A stretch of DNA of 64,000 bases from Eledone cirrhosa (Eukaryota). A program made the position numbers and the translations under genes. The DNA lies in the NCBI GenBank assembly GCA_964016885.1, contig OZ024748.1, forward strand, positions 26,288,001 to 26,352,000, given 5' to 3'. Within the stretch, counting starts at the first letter, position 1; each line of letters opens with the position of its first letter. Below are positions 15,001 through 30,000 of this stretch, piece by piece. Below the pieces are notes generated by a model. That model saw only the letters and a program-made list of their open reading frames with translations. It made no database searches and was not told the DNA's origin.

Positions 15001-18000
15001 CCACTACCTATCAAGACACCTACAAGCACAGCTGAAAAGATCACTGAAACTATAACAGACACAACAGCAACAACATCACAGCTTCCTTCAACAAGTGAAA
15101 TCCATATAGAAACTCATAAATCTACTTCTGAACTGCCTCATATAACAGACATTGAAACAAGTACAATGGAAAGAACAACACAAATTACAGATATTGAAAC
15201 TGAACGCACAACTCAGACAGAAATTACACCACAACTAACAACATCTCCTGAAGAAACAACTCTGTCTACTCAGGTAGAGGACATCGAAAAGGTGCCACCA
15301 ACACAAGTTGCTAGTACAATGCATACATCACCTGAAAGGACAGTTGTTTCATCTCCAGAACACACCTCTATAACACCTACAGATGAACTTACTAGTATTG
15401 AATATAGAACTGAGACATCAACTGAAAAATCACTACCTACGATAACACCTAGAAGCACAGCAGAAAAGACCACTGAAACTATAACAGACACAACAGCAAC
15501 AACATCACAGCTTCCTTCAACAAGTGAAATCCATATAGAAACTCCTAAATCTACTTCTGAACTGCCTCATATAACTGACATTGAAACAAGTACAGCGGAA
15601 AGGACAACACAAATTACAGATATTGAAACTGAACGCACAACTCAGACAGAAATTAGACCACAACTAACAACATCTCCTGAAGAAACAACTCTGTCTACTC
15701 AGGTAGAGGACATCGTAAAGGTGACACCAACACAAATTGCTAGCACAATGCATACATCACCTGAAACAACAGTTGTTTCATCTCCAGAACACACCTCTAT
15801 AACACCTACAGATGAACTTAGTAGTATTGAATATACAACTGTGACATCAACTGAAACACCACTACCTATAAAGACACCTACAAGCACAGCTGAAAAGATC
15901 ACTGAAACTATAACAGACACAACAGCAACAACATCACAGCTTCCTTCAACAAGTGAAATCCATATAGAAACTCCTAAATCTAGTTCTGAACTGCCTCATA
16001 TAACTGACATTGAAACAAGTACAGTGGAAAGAAAAACACAAGTTACAGATATTGAAACTGAGCGCACAACTCGGACAGAAATTACATCACAACAAACAAC
16101 ATCTCCTGAAGAAACAACACTGTCTACTCAGGTAGAGGACATCGTAAAGGTGACACCAACACAAGTTGCTAGCACAATGCATACATCACCTGAAACAACA
16201 GTTGTTTCATCTCCAGAACACACCTCTATAACACCTACAGATGAACTTACTAGTATTGAATATAGAACTGAGACATCAACTGAAAAATCACTACCTACGA
16301 TAACACCTACAAACACAGCAGAAAAGATCACTGAAACTATAATAGACACAACAGCAACAACATCACAGCTTCCTTCAACAAGTGAAATCCATATAGAAAC
16401 TCCTAAATCTACTTCTGAACTGCCTCATATAACTGACATTGAAACAAGTACAGTGGAAAGAACAACACAAGTTACAGATATTGAAACTGAGCGCACAACT
16501 CAGACAGAAATTACACCACAACAAACAACATCTCCTGAAGAAACATCACTGTCTACTCAGGTAGAGGACATCGTAAAGGTGACACCAACACAAGTTGCTA
16601 GCACAATGCATACATCACCTGAAACGACAGTTGTTTCATCTCCAGAACACACCTCTATAACACCTACAGATGAACTTACTAGTATTGAATATACAACTGA
16701 GACATCAACTGAAAAACCACTACCTATAAAGACACCTACAAGCACAGCAGAAAAGATCACTGAAACTAGAACAGACACAACAGCAACAACATCACAGCTT
16801 CCTTTAACAAGTGAAATCCATATAGAAACTCCTAAATCTACTTCTGAACTGCCTCATATAACAGACATTGAAACAAGTACAATGGAAAGAACAACACAAA
16901 TTACAGATATTGAAACTGAACGCACAACTCAGACAGAAATTACACCACAACTAACAACATCTCCTGAAGAAACAACTCTGTCTACTCAGGTAGAGGACAT
17001 CGTAAAGGTGACACCAACACAAGTTGCTAGCACAATGCATACATCACCTGAAACAACAGTTGTTTCATCTCCAGAACACACCTCTATAACACCTACAGAT
17101 GAACTTACTAGTATTGAATATACAACTGAGACATCAACTGAAAAACCACTACCTATAAAGACACCTACAAGCACAGCTGAAAGGATCACTGAAACTAGAA
17201 CAGACACAACAGCAACAACATCACAGCTTCCTTCAACAAGTGAAATCCATATAGAAACTCCTAAATCTACTTCTGAACTGCCACATATAACAGACATTGA
17301 AACAAGTACAATGGAAAGAACAACACAAATTACAGATATTGAAACTGAACGCACAACTCAGACAGAAATTACACCACAACTAACAACATCTCCTGAAGAA
17401 ACAACTCTGTCTACTCAGGTAGAGGACATTGAAAAGGTGACACCAACACAAGTTGCTAGCACAATGCATACATCACCTGAAACAACAGTTGTTTCGTCCC
17501 CAGAACACGCCTCTTTAACACCTACACATGAACTTACTAGTATTGAATATACAACTGAGACATCAACTGAAAAACCACTACCTATAAAGACACCTACAAG
17601 CACAGCTGAAAATATCACTGAAACTATAACAGACACAACAGCAACAACATCACAGCTTCCTTCAACAAGTGAAATCCATATAGAAACTCCTAAATCTACT
17701 TCTGAACTGCCTCATATAACTGACATTGAAACAAGTACAGTGGAAAGAACAACACAAATTACAGATATTGAAACTGAACGCACAACTCAGACAGAAATTA
17801 GACCACAACTAACAACATCTCCTGAAGAAACAACTCTGTCTACTCAGGTAGAGGACATCGAAAGGTTGACACCAACACAAGTTGCTAGCACAATGCATAC
17901 ATCACCTGAAACAACAGTTGTTTCATCTCCAGAACACACCTCTATAACACCTACAGATGAACTTACTAGTATTGAATATACAACTGAGACATCAACTGAA

Positions 18001-21000
18001 AAACCACTACCTATAAAGACACCTACAAGCACAGCAGAAAAGATCACTGAAACTAGAACAGACACAACAGCAACAACATCACAGCTTCCTTCAACAAGTG
18101 AAATCCATATAGAAACTCCTAAATCTACATCTGAACTGCCTCATATAACTGACATTGAAACAAGTACAGTGGAAAGAACAACACAAGTTACAGATATTGA
18201 AACTGAGCGCACAACTCAGACAGAAATTACACCACAACAAACAACATCTCCTGAAGAAACAACACTGTCTACTCAGGTAGAGGACATCGTAAAGGTGACA
18301 GCAACACAAGTTGGTAGCACAATGCATACATCACCTGAAACGACAGTTGTTTCATCTCCTGAACACACCTCTATAACACCTACAGATGAACATACTAGTA
18401 TTGAATATACAACTGAGACATCAACTGAAAAACCACTACCTATAAAGACACCTACAAGCACAGCTGAAAAGATCACTGAAACTATAACAGACACAACAGC
18501 AACAACATCACAGCTTCCTTCAACAACTGAAATCCATATAGAAACTCCTAAATCTACTTCTGAACTGCCTCATATAACTGACATTGAAACAAGTACAGTG
18601 GAAAGAACAACACACGTTACAGATATTGAAACTGAACGCACAACTCAGACAGAAATTACACCACAACTAACAACATCTCCTGAAGAAACAACTCTGTCTA
18701 CTCAGGTAGAGGACATCGAAAAGGTGACACCAACAACAGTTGTTTCATCTCCTGAACACACCTCTATAACACCTACAGATGAACTTACTAGTATTGAATA
18801 TACAACTGAGACATCAACTGAAAAACCACTACCTATCAAGACACCTACAAGCACAGCTGAAAAGATCACTGAAACTATAACAGACACAACAGCAACAACA
18901 TCACAGCTTCCTTCAACAAGTGAAATCCATATAGAAACTCATAAATCTACTTCTGAACTGCCTCATATAACAGACATTGAAACAAGTACAATGGAAAGAA
19001 CAACACAAATTACAGATATTGAAACTGAACGCACAACTCAGACAGAAATTACACCACAACTAACAACATCTCCTGAAGAAACAACTCTGTCTACTCAGGT
19101 AGAGGACATCGAAAAGGTGCCACCAACACAAGTTGCTAGTACAATGCATACATCACCTGAAAGGACAGTTGTTTCATCTCCAGAACACACCTCTATAACA
19201 CCTACAGATGAACTTACTAGTATTGAATATAGAACTGAGACATCAACTGAAAAATCACTACCTACGATAACACCTAGAAGCACAGCAGAAAAGACCACTG
19301 AAACTATAACAGACACAACAGCAACAACATCACAGCTACCTTCAACAAGTGAAATCCATATAGAAACTCCTAAATCTACTTCTGAACTGCCTCATATAAC
19401 TGACATTGAAACAAGTACAGCGGAAAGGACAACACAAATTACAGATATTGAAACTGAACGCACAACTCAGACAGAAATTACACCACAACTAACAACATCT
19501 CCTGAAGAAACAACTCTGTCTACTCAGGTAGAGGACATCGTAAAGGTGACACCAACACAAATTGCTAGCACAATGCATACATCACCTGAAACAACAGTTG
19601 TTTCATCTCCAGAACACACCTCTATACCACCTACAGATGAAATTACTAGTATTGAATATACAACTGAGACATCAACTGAAAAACCACTACCTATAAAGAC
19701 ACCTACAAGCACAGCAGAAAAAATCACTGAAACTAGAACAGACACAACAGCAACAACATCACAGCTTCCTTTAACAAGTGAAATCCATATAGAAACTCCT
19801 AAATCTACTTCTGAACTGCCTCATATAACTGACATTGAAACAAGTACAGTGGAAAGAACACAAATTACAGATATTGAAACTGAACGCACAACTCAGACAG
19901 AAATTACACCACAACTAACAACATCTCCTGAAGAAACAACTCTGTCTACTCAGGTAGAGGACATCGAAAGGGTGACACCAACACAAGTTGCTAGCACAAT
20001 GCATACATCACCTGAAACAACAGTTGTTTCATCTCCAGAACACACCTCTATAACACCTACAGATGAACTTAGTAGTATTGAATATACAACTGTGACATCA
20101 ACTGAAACACCACTACCTATAAAGACACCTACAAGCACAGCTGAAAAGATCACTGAAACTATAACAGACACAACAGCAACAACATCACAGCTTCCTTCAA
20201 CAAGTGAAATCCATATAGAAACTCCTAAATCTAGTTCTGAACTGCCTCATATAACTGACATTGAAACAAGTACAGTGGAAAGAACAACACAAGTTACAGA
20301 TATTGAAACTGAGCGCACAACTCGGACAGAAATTACATCACAACAAACAACATCTCCTGAAGAAACAACACTGTCTACTCAGGTAGAGGACATCGTAAAG
20401 GTGACACCAACACAAGTTGCTAGCACAATGCATACATCACCTGAAACAAAAGTTGTTTCATCTGAACACACCTCTATAACACCTACAGATGAACTTACTA
20501 GTATTGAATATAGAACTGAGACATCAACTGAAAAATCACTACCTACAATAACACCTACAACCACAGCAGAAAAGATCACTGAAACTAGAACAAACACAAC
20601 ACCAACAACATCACAGCTTCCTTCAACAAGTGAAATCCATATAGAAACTCCTAAATCTACTTCTGGACTGCCTCATATAACTGTCATTGAAACAAGTACA
20701 GTGGAAAGAACAACACAAGTTACAGATATTGAAACTGAGCGCACAACTCAGACAGAAATTACACCACAACAAACAACATCTCCTGAAGAAACAACACTGT
20801 CTACTCAAGTAGAGGACATCGTAAAGGTGACACCAACACAAGTTGCTAGCACAATGCATACATCACCTGAAACAACAGTTGTTTCATCTCCAGAACACAC
20901 CTCTATAACACCTACAGATGAACTTACTAGTATTGAATATACAACTGAGACATCAACTGAAAAACCACTACCTATAAAGACACCTACAAGCACAGCTGAA

Positions 21001-24000
21001 AGGATCACTGAAACTAGAACAGACACAACAGCAACAACATCACAGCTTCCTTCAACAAGTGAAATCCATATAGAAACTCCTAAATCTACTTCTGAACTGC
21101 CTCATATAACTGACATTGAAACAAGTACAGCGGAAAGGACAACACAAATTACAGATATTGAAACTGAACGCACAACTCAGACAGAAATTACACCACAACT
21201 AACAACATCTCCTGAAGAAACAACTCTGTCTACTCAGGTAGAGGACATCGTAAAGGTGACACCAACACAAATTGCTAGCACAATGCATACATCACCTGAA
21301 ACAACAGTCGTTTCATCTCCAGAACACACCTCTATACCACCTACAGATGAAATTACTAGTATTGAATATACAACTGAGACATCAACTGAAAAACCACTAC
21401 CTATAAAGACACCTACAAGCACAGCAGAAAAGATCACTGAAACTAGAACAGACACAACAGCAACAACATCACAGCTTCCTTTAACAAGTGAAATCCATAT
21501 AGAAACTCCTAAATCTACTTCTGAACTGCCTCATATAACTGACATTGAAACAAGTACAGTGGAAAGAACAACACAAATTACAGATATTGAAACTGAACGC
21601 ACAACTCAGACAGAAATTACACCACAACTAACAACATCTCCTGAAGAAACAACTCTGTCTACTCAGGTAGAGGACATCGAAAGGGTGACACCAACACAAG
21701 TTGCTAGCACAATGCATACATCACCTGAAACAACAGTTGTTTCATCTCCAGAACACACCTCTATAACACCTACAGATGAACTTAGTAGTATTGAATATAC
21801 AACTGTGACATCAACTGAAACACCACTACCTATAAAGACACCTACAAGCACAGCTGAAAAGATCATTGAAACTATAACAGACACAACAGCAACAACATCA
21901 CAGCTTCCTTCAACAAGTGAAATCCATATAGAAATTCCTAAATCTAGTTCTGAACTGCCTCATATAACTGACATTGAAACAAGTACAGTGGAAAGAACAA
22001 CACAAGTTACAGATATTGAAACTGAGCGCACAACTCGGACAGAAATTACATCACAACAAACAACATCTCCTGAAGAAACAACACTGTCTACTCAGGTAGA
22101 GGACATCGTAAAGGTGACACCAACACAAGTTGCTAGCACAATGCATACATCACCAGAAACAAAAGTTGTTTCATCTGAACACACCTCTATAACACCTACA
22201 GATGAACTTACTAGTATTGAATATAGAACTGAGACATCAACTGAAAAATCACTACCTACAATAACACCTACAACCACAGCAGAAAAGATCACTGAAACTA
22301 GAACAAACACAACACCAACAACATCACAGCTTCCTTCAACAAGTGAAATCCATATAGAAACTCCTAAATCTACTTCTGAACTGCCTCATATAACTGACAT
22401 TGAAACAAGTACAGTGGAAAGAACAACACAAGTTACAGATATTGAAACTGAGCGCACAACTCAGACAGAAATTACACCACAACAAACAACATCTCCTGAA
22501 GAAACAACACTGTCTACTCAGGTAGAGGACATCGTAAAGGTGACACCAACACAAGTTGCTAGCACAATGCATACATCACCTGAAACAACAGTTGTTTCAT
22601 CTCCAGAACACACCTCTATAACACCTACAGATGAACTTACTAGTATTGAATATACAACTGAGACATCAACTGAAAAACCACTACCTATAAAGACACCTAC
22701 AAGCACAGCTGAAAGGATCACTGAAACTAGAACAGACACAACAGCAACAACATCACAGCTTCCTTCAACAAGTGAAATCCATATAGAAACTCCTAAATCT
22801 ACTTCTGAACTGCCTCATATAACTGACATTGAAACAAGTACAATGGAAAGAACAACACAAATTACAGATATTGAAACTGAACGCACAACTCAGACAGAAA
22901 TTAGACCACAACTAACAACATCTCCTGAAGAAACAACTCTGTCTACTCAGGTAGAGGACATCGAAAGGGTGACACCAACACAAGTTGCTAGCACAATGCA
23001 TACATCACCTGAAACAACAGTTGTTTCATCTCCAGAACACACCTCTATAACACCTACAGATGAACTTACTAGTATTGAATATACAACTGAGACATCAACT
23101 GAAAAACCACTACCTATAAAGACACCTACAAGCACAGCAGAAAAGATCACTGAAACTAGAACAGACACAACAGCAACAACATCACAGCTTCCTTCAACAA
23201 GTGAAATCCATATAGAAACTCCTAAATCTACATCTGAAATGCCTCATATAACTGACATTGAAACAAGTACAGTGGAAAGAACAACACAAGTTACAGATAT
23301 TGAAACTGAGCGCACAACTCAGACAGAAATTACACCACAACAAACAACATCTCCTGAAGAAACAACACTGTCTACTCAGGTAGAGGACATCGTAAAGGTG
23401 ACAGCAACACAAGTTGCTAGCACAATGCATACATCACCTGAAACGACAGTTGTTTCATCTCCTGAACACACCTCTATAACACCTACAGATGAACTTACTA
23501 GTATTGAATATACAACTGAGACATCAACTGAAAAACCACTACCTATAAAGACACCTACAAGCACAGCTGAAAAGATCACTGAAACTATAACAGACACAAC
23601 AGCAACAACATCACAGCTTCCTTCAACAAGTGAAATCCATATAGAAACTCCTAAATCTACTTCTGACCTGCCTCATATAACTGACATTGAAACAAGTACA
23701 GTGGAAAGAACAACACACGTTACAGATATTGAAACTGAACGCACAACTCAGACAGAAATTACACCACAACTAACAACATCTCCTGAAGAAACAACTCTGT
23801 CTACTCAGGTAGAGGACATCGAAAAGGTGACACCAACAACAGTTGTTTCATCTCCTGAACACACCTCTATAACACCTACAGATGAACTTACTAGTATTGA
23901 ATATACAACTGAGACATCAACTGAAAAACCACTACCTATCAAGACACCTACAAGCACAGCTGAAAAGATCACTGAAACTATAACAGACACAACAGCAACA

Positions 24001-27000
24001 ACATCACAGCTTCCTTCAACAAGTGAAATCCATATAGAAACACATAAATCTACTTCTGAACTGCCTCATATAACAGACATTGAAACAAGTACAATGGAAA
24101 GAACAACACAAATTACAGATATTGAAACTGAACGCACAACTCAGACAGAAATTACACCACAACTAACAACATCTCCTGAAGAAACAACTTTGTCTACTCA
24201 GGTAGAGGACATCGAAAAGGTGCCACCAACACAAGTTGCTAGTACAATGCATACATCACCTGAAACGACAGTTGTTTCATCTCCAGAACACACCTCTATA
24301 ACACCTACAGATGAACTTAGTAGTATTGAATATACAACTGTGACATCAACTGAAACACCACTACCTATAAAGACACCTACAAGCACAGCTGAAAAGATCA
24401 CTGAAACTATAACAGACACAACAGCAACAACATCACAGCTTCCTTCAACAAGTGAAATCCATATAGAAACTCCTAAATCTACTTCTGAACTGCCTCATAT
24501 AACTGACATTGAAACAAGTACAGTGGAAAGAACAACACAAGTTACAGATATTGAAACTGAGCGCACAACTCGGACAGAAATTACATCACAACAAACAACA
24601 TCTCCTGAAGAAACAACACTGTCTACTCAGGTAGAGGACATCGTAAAGGTGACACCAACACAAGTTGCTAGCACAATGCATACATCACCTGAAACAACAG
24701 TTGTTTCATCTCCAGAACACACCTCTATAACACCTACACATGAACTTACTAGTATTGAATATAGAACTGAGACATCAACTGAAAAATCACTACCTACGAT
24801 AACACCTACAAGCACAGCTGAAAAGATCACTGAAACTAGAACATACACAACACCAACAACATCACAGCTTCCTTCAACAAGTGAAATCCATATAGAAACT
24901 CCTAAATCTACTTCTGAACTGCCTCATATAACAGACATTGAAACAAGTACAATGGAAAGAACAACACAAATTACAGATCTTGAAACTGAACGCACAACTC
25001 AGACAGAAATTACACCACAACTAACAACATCTCCTGAAGAAACAACTCTGTCTACTCAGGTAGAGGACATCGAAAAGGTGACACCAACACAAGTTGCTAG
25101 CACAATGCATACATCACCTGAAACAAAAGTTGTTTCATCTGAACACACCTCTATAACACCTACAGATGAACTTACTAGTATTGAATATAGAACTGAGACA
25201 TCAACTGAAAAATCACTACCTACGATAACACCTACAAGCACAGCAGAAAAGATCACTGAAACTAGAACAGACACAACACCAACAACATCACAGCTTCCTT
25301 CAACAAGTGAAATCCATATAGAAACTCCTAAATCTACTTCTGAACTGCCTCATATAACTGACATTGAAACAAGTACAGCGGAAAGGACAACACAAATTAC
25401 AGATATTGAAACTGAACGCACAACTCAGACAGAAATTACACCACAACTAACAACATCTCCTGAAGAAACAACTCTGTCTACTCAGGTAGAGGACATCGTA
25501 AAGGTGACACCAACACAAATTGCTAGCACAATGGATACATCACCTGAAACAACAGTTGTTTCATCTCCAGAACACACCTCTATACCACCTACAGATGAAA
25601 TTACTAGTATTGAATATACAACTGAGACATCAACTGAAAAACCACTACCTATAAAGACACCTACAAGCACAGCAGAAAAAATCACTGAAACTAGAACAGA
25701 CACAACAGCAACAACATCACAGCTTCCTTTAACAAGTGAAATCCATATAGAAACTCCTAAATCTACTTCTGAACTGCCTCATATAACTGACATTGAAACA
25801 AGTACAGTGGAAAGAACACAAATTACAGATATTGAAACTGAACGCACAACTCAGACAGAAATTACACCACAACTAACAACATCTCCTGAAGAAACAACTC
25901 TGTCTACTCAGGTAGAGGACATCGAAAGGGTGACACCAACACAAGTTGCTAGCACAATGCATACATCACCTGAAACAACAGTTGTTTCATCTCCAGAACA
26001 CACCTCTATAACACCTACAGATGAACTTAGTAGTATTGAATATACAACTGTGACATCAACTGAAACACCACTACCTATAAAGACACCTACAAGCACAGCT
26101 GAAAAGATCACTGAAACTATAACAGACACAACAGCAACAACATCACAGCTTCCTTCAACAAGTGAAATCCATATAGAAACTCCTAAATCTAGTTCTGAAC
26201 TGCCTCATATAACTGACATTGAAACAAGTACAGTGGAAAGAACAACACAAGTTACAGATATTGAAACTGAGCGCACAACTCGGACAGAAATTACATCACA
26301 ACAAACAACATCTCCTGAAGAAACAACACTGTCTACTCAGGTAGAGGACATCGTAAAGGTGACACCAACACAAGTTGCTAGCACAATGCATACATCACCT
26401 GAAACAAAAGTTGTTTCATCTGAACACACCTCTATAACACCTACAGATGAACTTACTAGTATTGAATATAGAACTGAGACATCAACTGAAAAATCACTAC
26501 CTACAATAACACCTACAACCACAGCAGAAAAGATCACTGAAACTAGAACAAACACAACACCAACAACATCACAGCTTCCTTCAACAAGTGAAATCCATAT
26601 AGAAACTCCTAAATCTACTTCTGGACTGCCTCATATAACTGTCATTGAAACAAGTACAGTGGAAAGAACAACACAAGTTACAGATATTGAAACTGAGCGC
26701 ACAACTCAGACAGAAATTACACCACAACAAACAACATCTCCTGAAGAAACAACACTGTCTACTCAAGTAGAGGACATCGTAAAGGTGACACCAACACAAG
26801 TTGCTAGCACAATGCATACATCACCTGAAACAACAGTTGTTTCATCTCCAGAACACACCTCTATAACACCTACAGATGAACTTACTAGTATTGAATATAC
26901 AACTGAGACATCAACTGAAAAACCACTACCTATAAAGACACCTACAAGCACAGCTGAAAGGATCACTGAAACTAGAACAGACACAACAGCAACAACATCA

Positions 27001-30000
27001 CAGCTTCCTTCAACAAGTGAAATCCATATAGAAACTCCTAAATCTACTTCTGAACTGCCTCATATAACTGACATTGAAACAAGTACAGCGGAAAGGACAA
27101 CACAAATTACAGATATTGAAACTGAACGCACAACTCAGACAGAAATTACACCACAACTAACAACATCTCCTGAAGAAACAACTCTGTCTACTCAGGTAGA
27201 GGACATCGTAAAGGTGACACCAACACAAATTGCTAGCACAATGCATACATCACCTGAAACAACAGTTGTTTCATCTCCAGAACACACCTCTATACCACCT
27301 ACAGATGAAATTACTAGTATTGAATATACAACTGAGACATCAACTGAAAAACCACTACCTATAAAGACACCTACAAGCACAGCAGAAAAGATCACTGAAA
27401 CTAGAACAGACACAACAGCAACAACATCACAGCTTCCTTTAACAAGTGAAATCCATATAGAAACTCCTAAATCTACTTCTGAACTGCCTCATATAACTGA
27501 CATTGAAACAAGTACAGTGGAAAGAACAACACAAATTACAGATATTGAAACTGAACGCACAACTCAGACAGAAATTACACCACAACTAACAACATCTCCT
27601 GAAGAAACAACTCTGTCTACTCAGGTAGAGGACATCGAAAGGGTGACACCAACACAAGTTGCTAGCACAATGCATACATCACCTGAAACAACAGTTGTTT
27701 CATCTCCAGAACACACCTCTATAACACCTACAGATGAACTTAGTAGTATTGAATATACAACTGTGACATCAACTGAAACACCACTACCTATAAAGACACC
27801 TACAAGCACAGCTGAAAAGATCATTGAAACTATAACAGACACAACAGCAACAACATCACAGCTTCCTTCAACAAGTGAAATCCATATAGAAATTCCTAAA
27901 TCTAGTTCTGAACTGCCTCATATAACTGACATTGAAACAAGTACAGTGGAAAGAACAACACAAGTTACAGATATTGAAACTGAGCGCACAACTCGGACAG
28001 AAATTACATCACAACAAACAACATCTCCTGAAGAAACAACACTGTCTACTCAGGTAGAGGACATCGTAAAGGTGACACCAACACAAGTTGCTAGCACAAT
28101 GCATACATCACCAGAAACAAAAGTTGTTTCATCTGAACACACCTCTATAACACCTACAGATGAACTTACTAGTATTGAATATAGAACTGAGACATCAACT
28201 GAAAAATCACTACCTACAATAACACCTACAACCACAGCAGAAAAGATCACTGAAACTAGAACAAACACAACACCAACAACATCACAGCTTCCTTCAACAA
28301 GTGAAATCCATATAGAAACTCCTAAATCTACTTCTGAACTGCCTCATATAACTGACATTGAAACAAGTACAGTGGAAAGAACAACACAAGTTACAGATAT
28401 TGAAACTGAGCGCACAACTCAGACAGAAATTACACCACAACAAACAACATCTCCTGAAGAAACAACACTGTCTACTCAGGTAGAGGACATCGTAAAGGTG
28501 ACACCAACACAAGTTGCTAGCACAATGCATACATCACCTGAAACAACAGTTGTTTCATCTCCAGAACACACCTCTATAACACCTACAGATGAACTTACTA
28601 GTATTGAATATACAACTGAGACATCAACTGAAAAACCACTACCTATAAAGACACCTACAAGCACAGCTGAAAGGATCACTGAAACTAGAACAGACACAAC
28701 AGCAACAACATCACAGCTTCCTTCAACAAGTGAAATCCATATAGAAACTCCTAAATCTACTTCTGAACTGCCTCATATAACTGACATTGAAACAAGTACA
28801 ATGGAAAGAACAACACAAATTACAGATATTGAAACTGAACGCACAACTCAGACAGAAATTAGACCACAACTAACAACATCTCCTGAAGAAACAACTCTGT
28901 CTACTCAGGTAGAGGACATCGAAAGGGTGACACCAACACAAGTTGCTAGCACAATGCATACATCACCTGAAACAACAGTTGTTTCATCTCCAGAACACAC
29001 CTCTATAACACCTACAGATGAACTTACTAGTATTGAATATACAACTGAGACATCAACTGAAAAACCACTACCTATAAAGACACCTACAAGCACAGCAGAA
29101 AAGATCACTGAAACTAGAACAGACACAACAGCAACAACATCACAGCTTCCTTCAACAAGTGAAATCCATATAGAAACTCCTAAATCTACATCTGAAATGC
29201 CTCATATAACTGACATTGAAACAAGTACAGTGGAAAGAACAACACAAGTTACAGATATTGAAACTGAGCGCACAACTCAGACAGAAATTACACCACAACA
29301 AACAACATCTCCTGAAGAAACAACACTGTCTACTCAGGTAGAGGACATCGTAAAGGTGACAGCAACACAAGTTGCTAGCACAATGCATACATCACCTGAA
29401 ACGACAGTTGTTTCATCTCCTGAACACACCTCTATAACACCTACAGATGAACTTACTAGTATTGAATATACAACTGAGACATCAACTGAAAAACCACTAC
29501 CTATAAAGACACCTACAAGCACAGCTGAAAAGATCACTGAAACTATAACAGACACAACAGCAACAACATCACAGCTTCCTTCAACAAGTGAAATCCATAT
29601 AGAAACTCCTAAATCTACTTCTGACCTGCCTCATATAACTGACATTGAAACAAGTACAGTGGAAAGAACAACACACGTTACAGATATTGAAACTGAACGC
29701 ACAACTCAGACAGAAATTACACCACAACTAACAACATCTCCTGAAGAAACAACTCTGTCTACTCAGGTAGAGGACATCGAAAAGGTGACACCAACAACAG
29801 TTGTTTCATCTCCTGAACACACCTCTATAACACCTACAGATGAACTTACTAGTATTGAATATACAACTGAGACATCAACTGAAAAACCACTACCTATCAA
29901 GACACCTACAAGCACAGCTGAAAAGATCACTGAAACTATAACAGACACAACAGCAACAACATCACAGCTTCCTTCAACAAGTGAAATCCATATAGAAACA

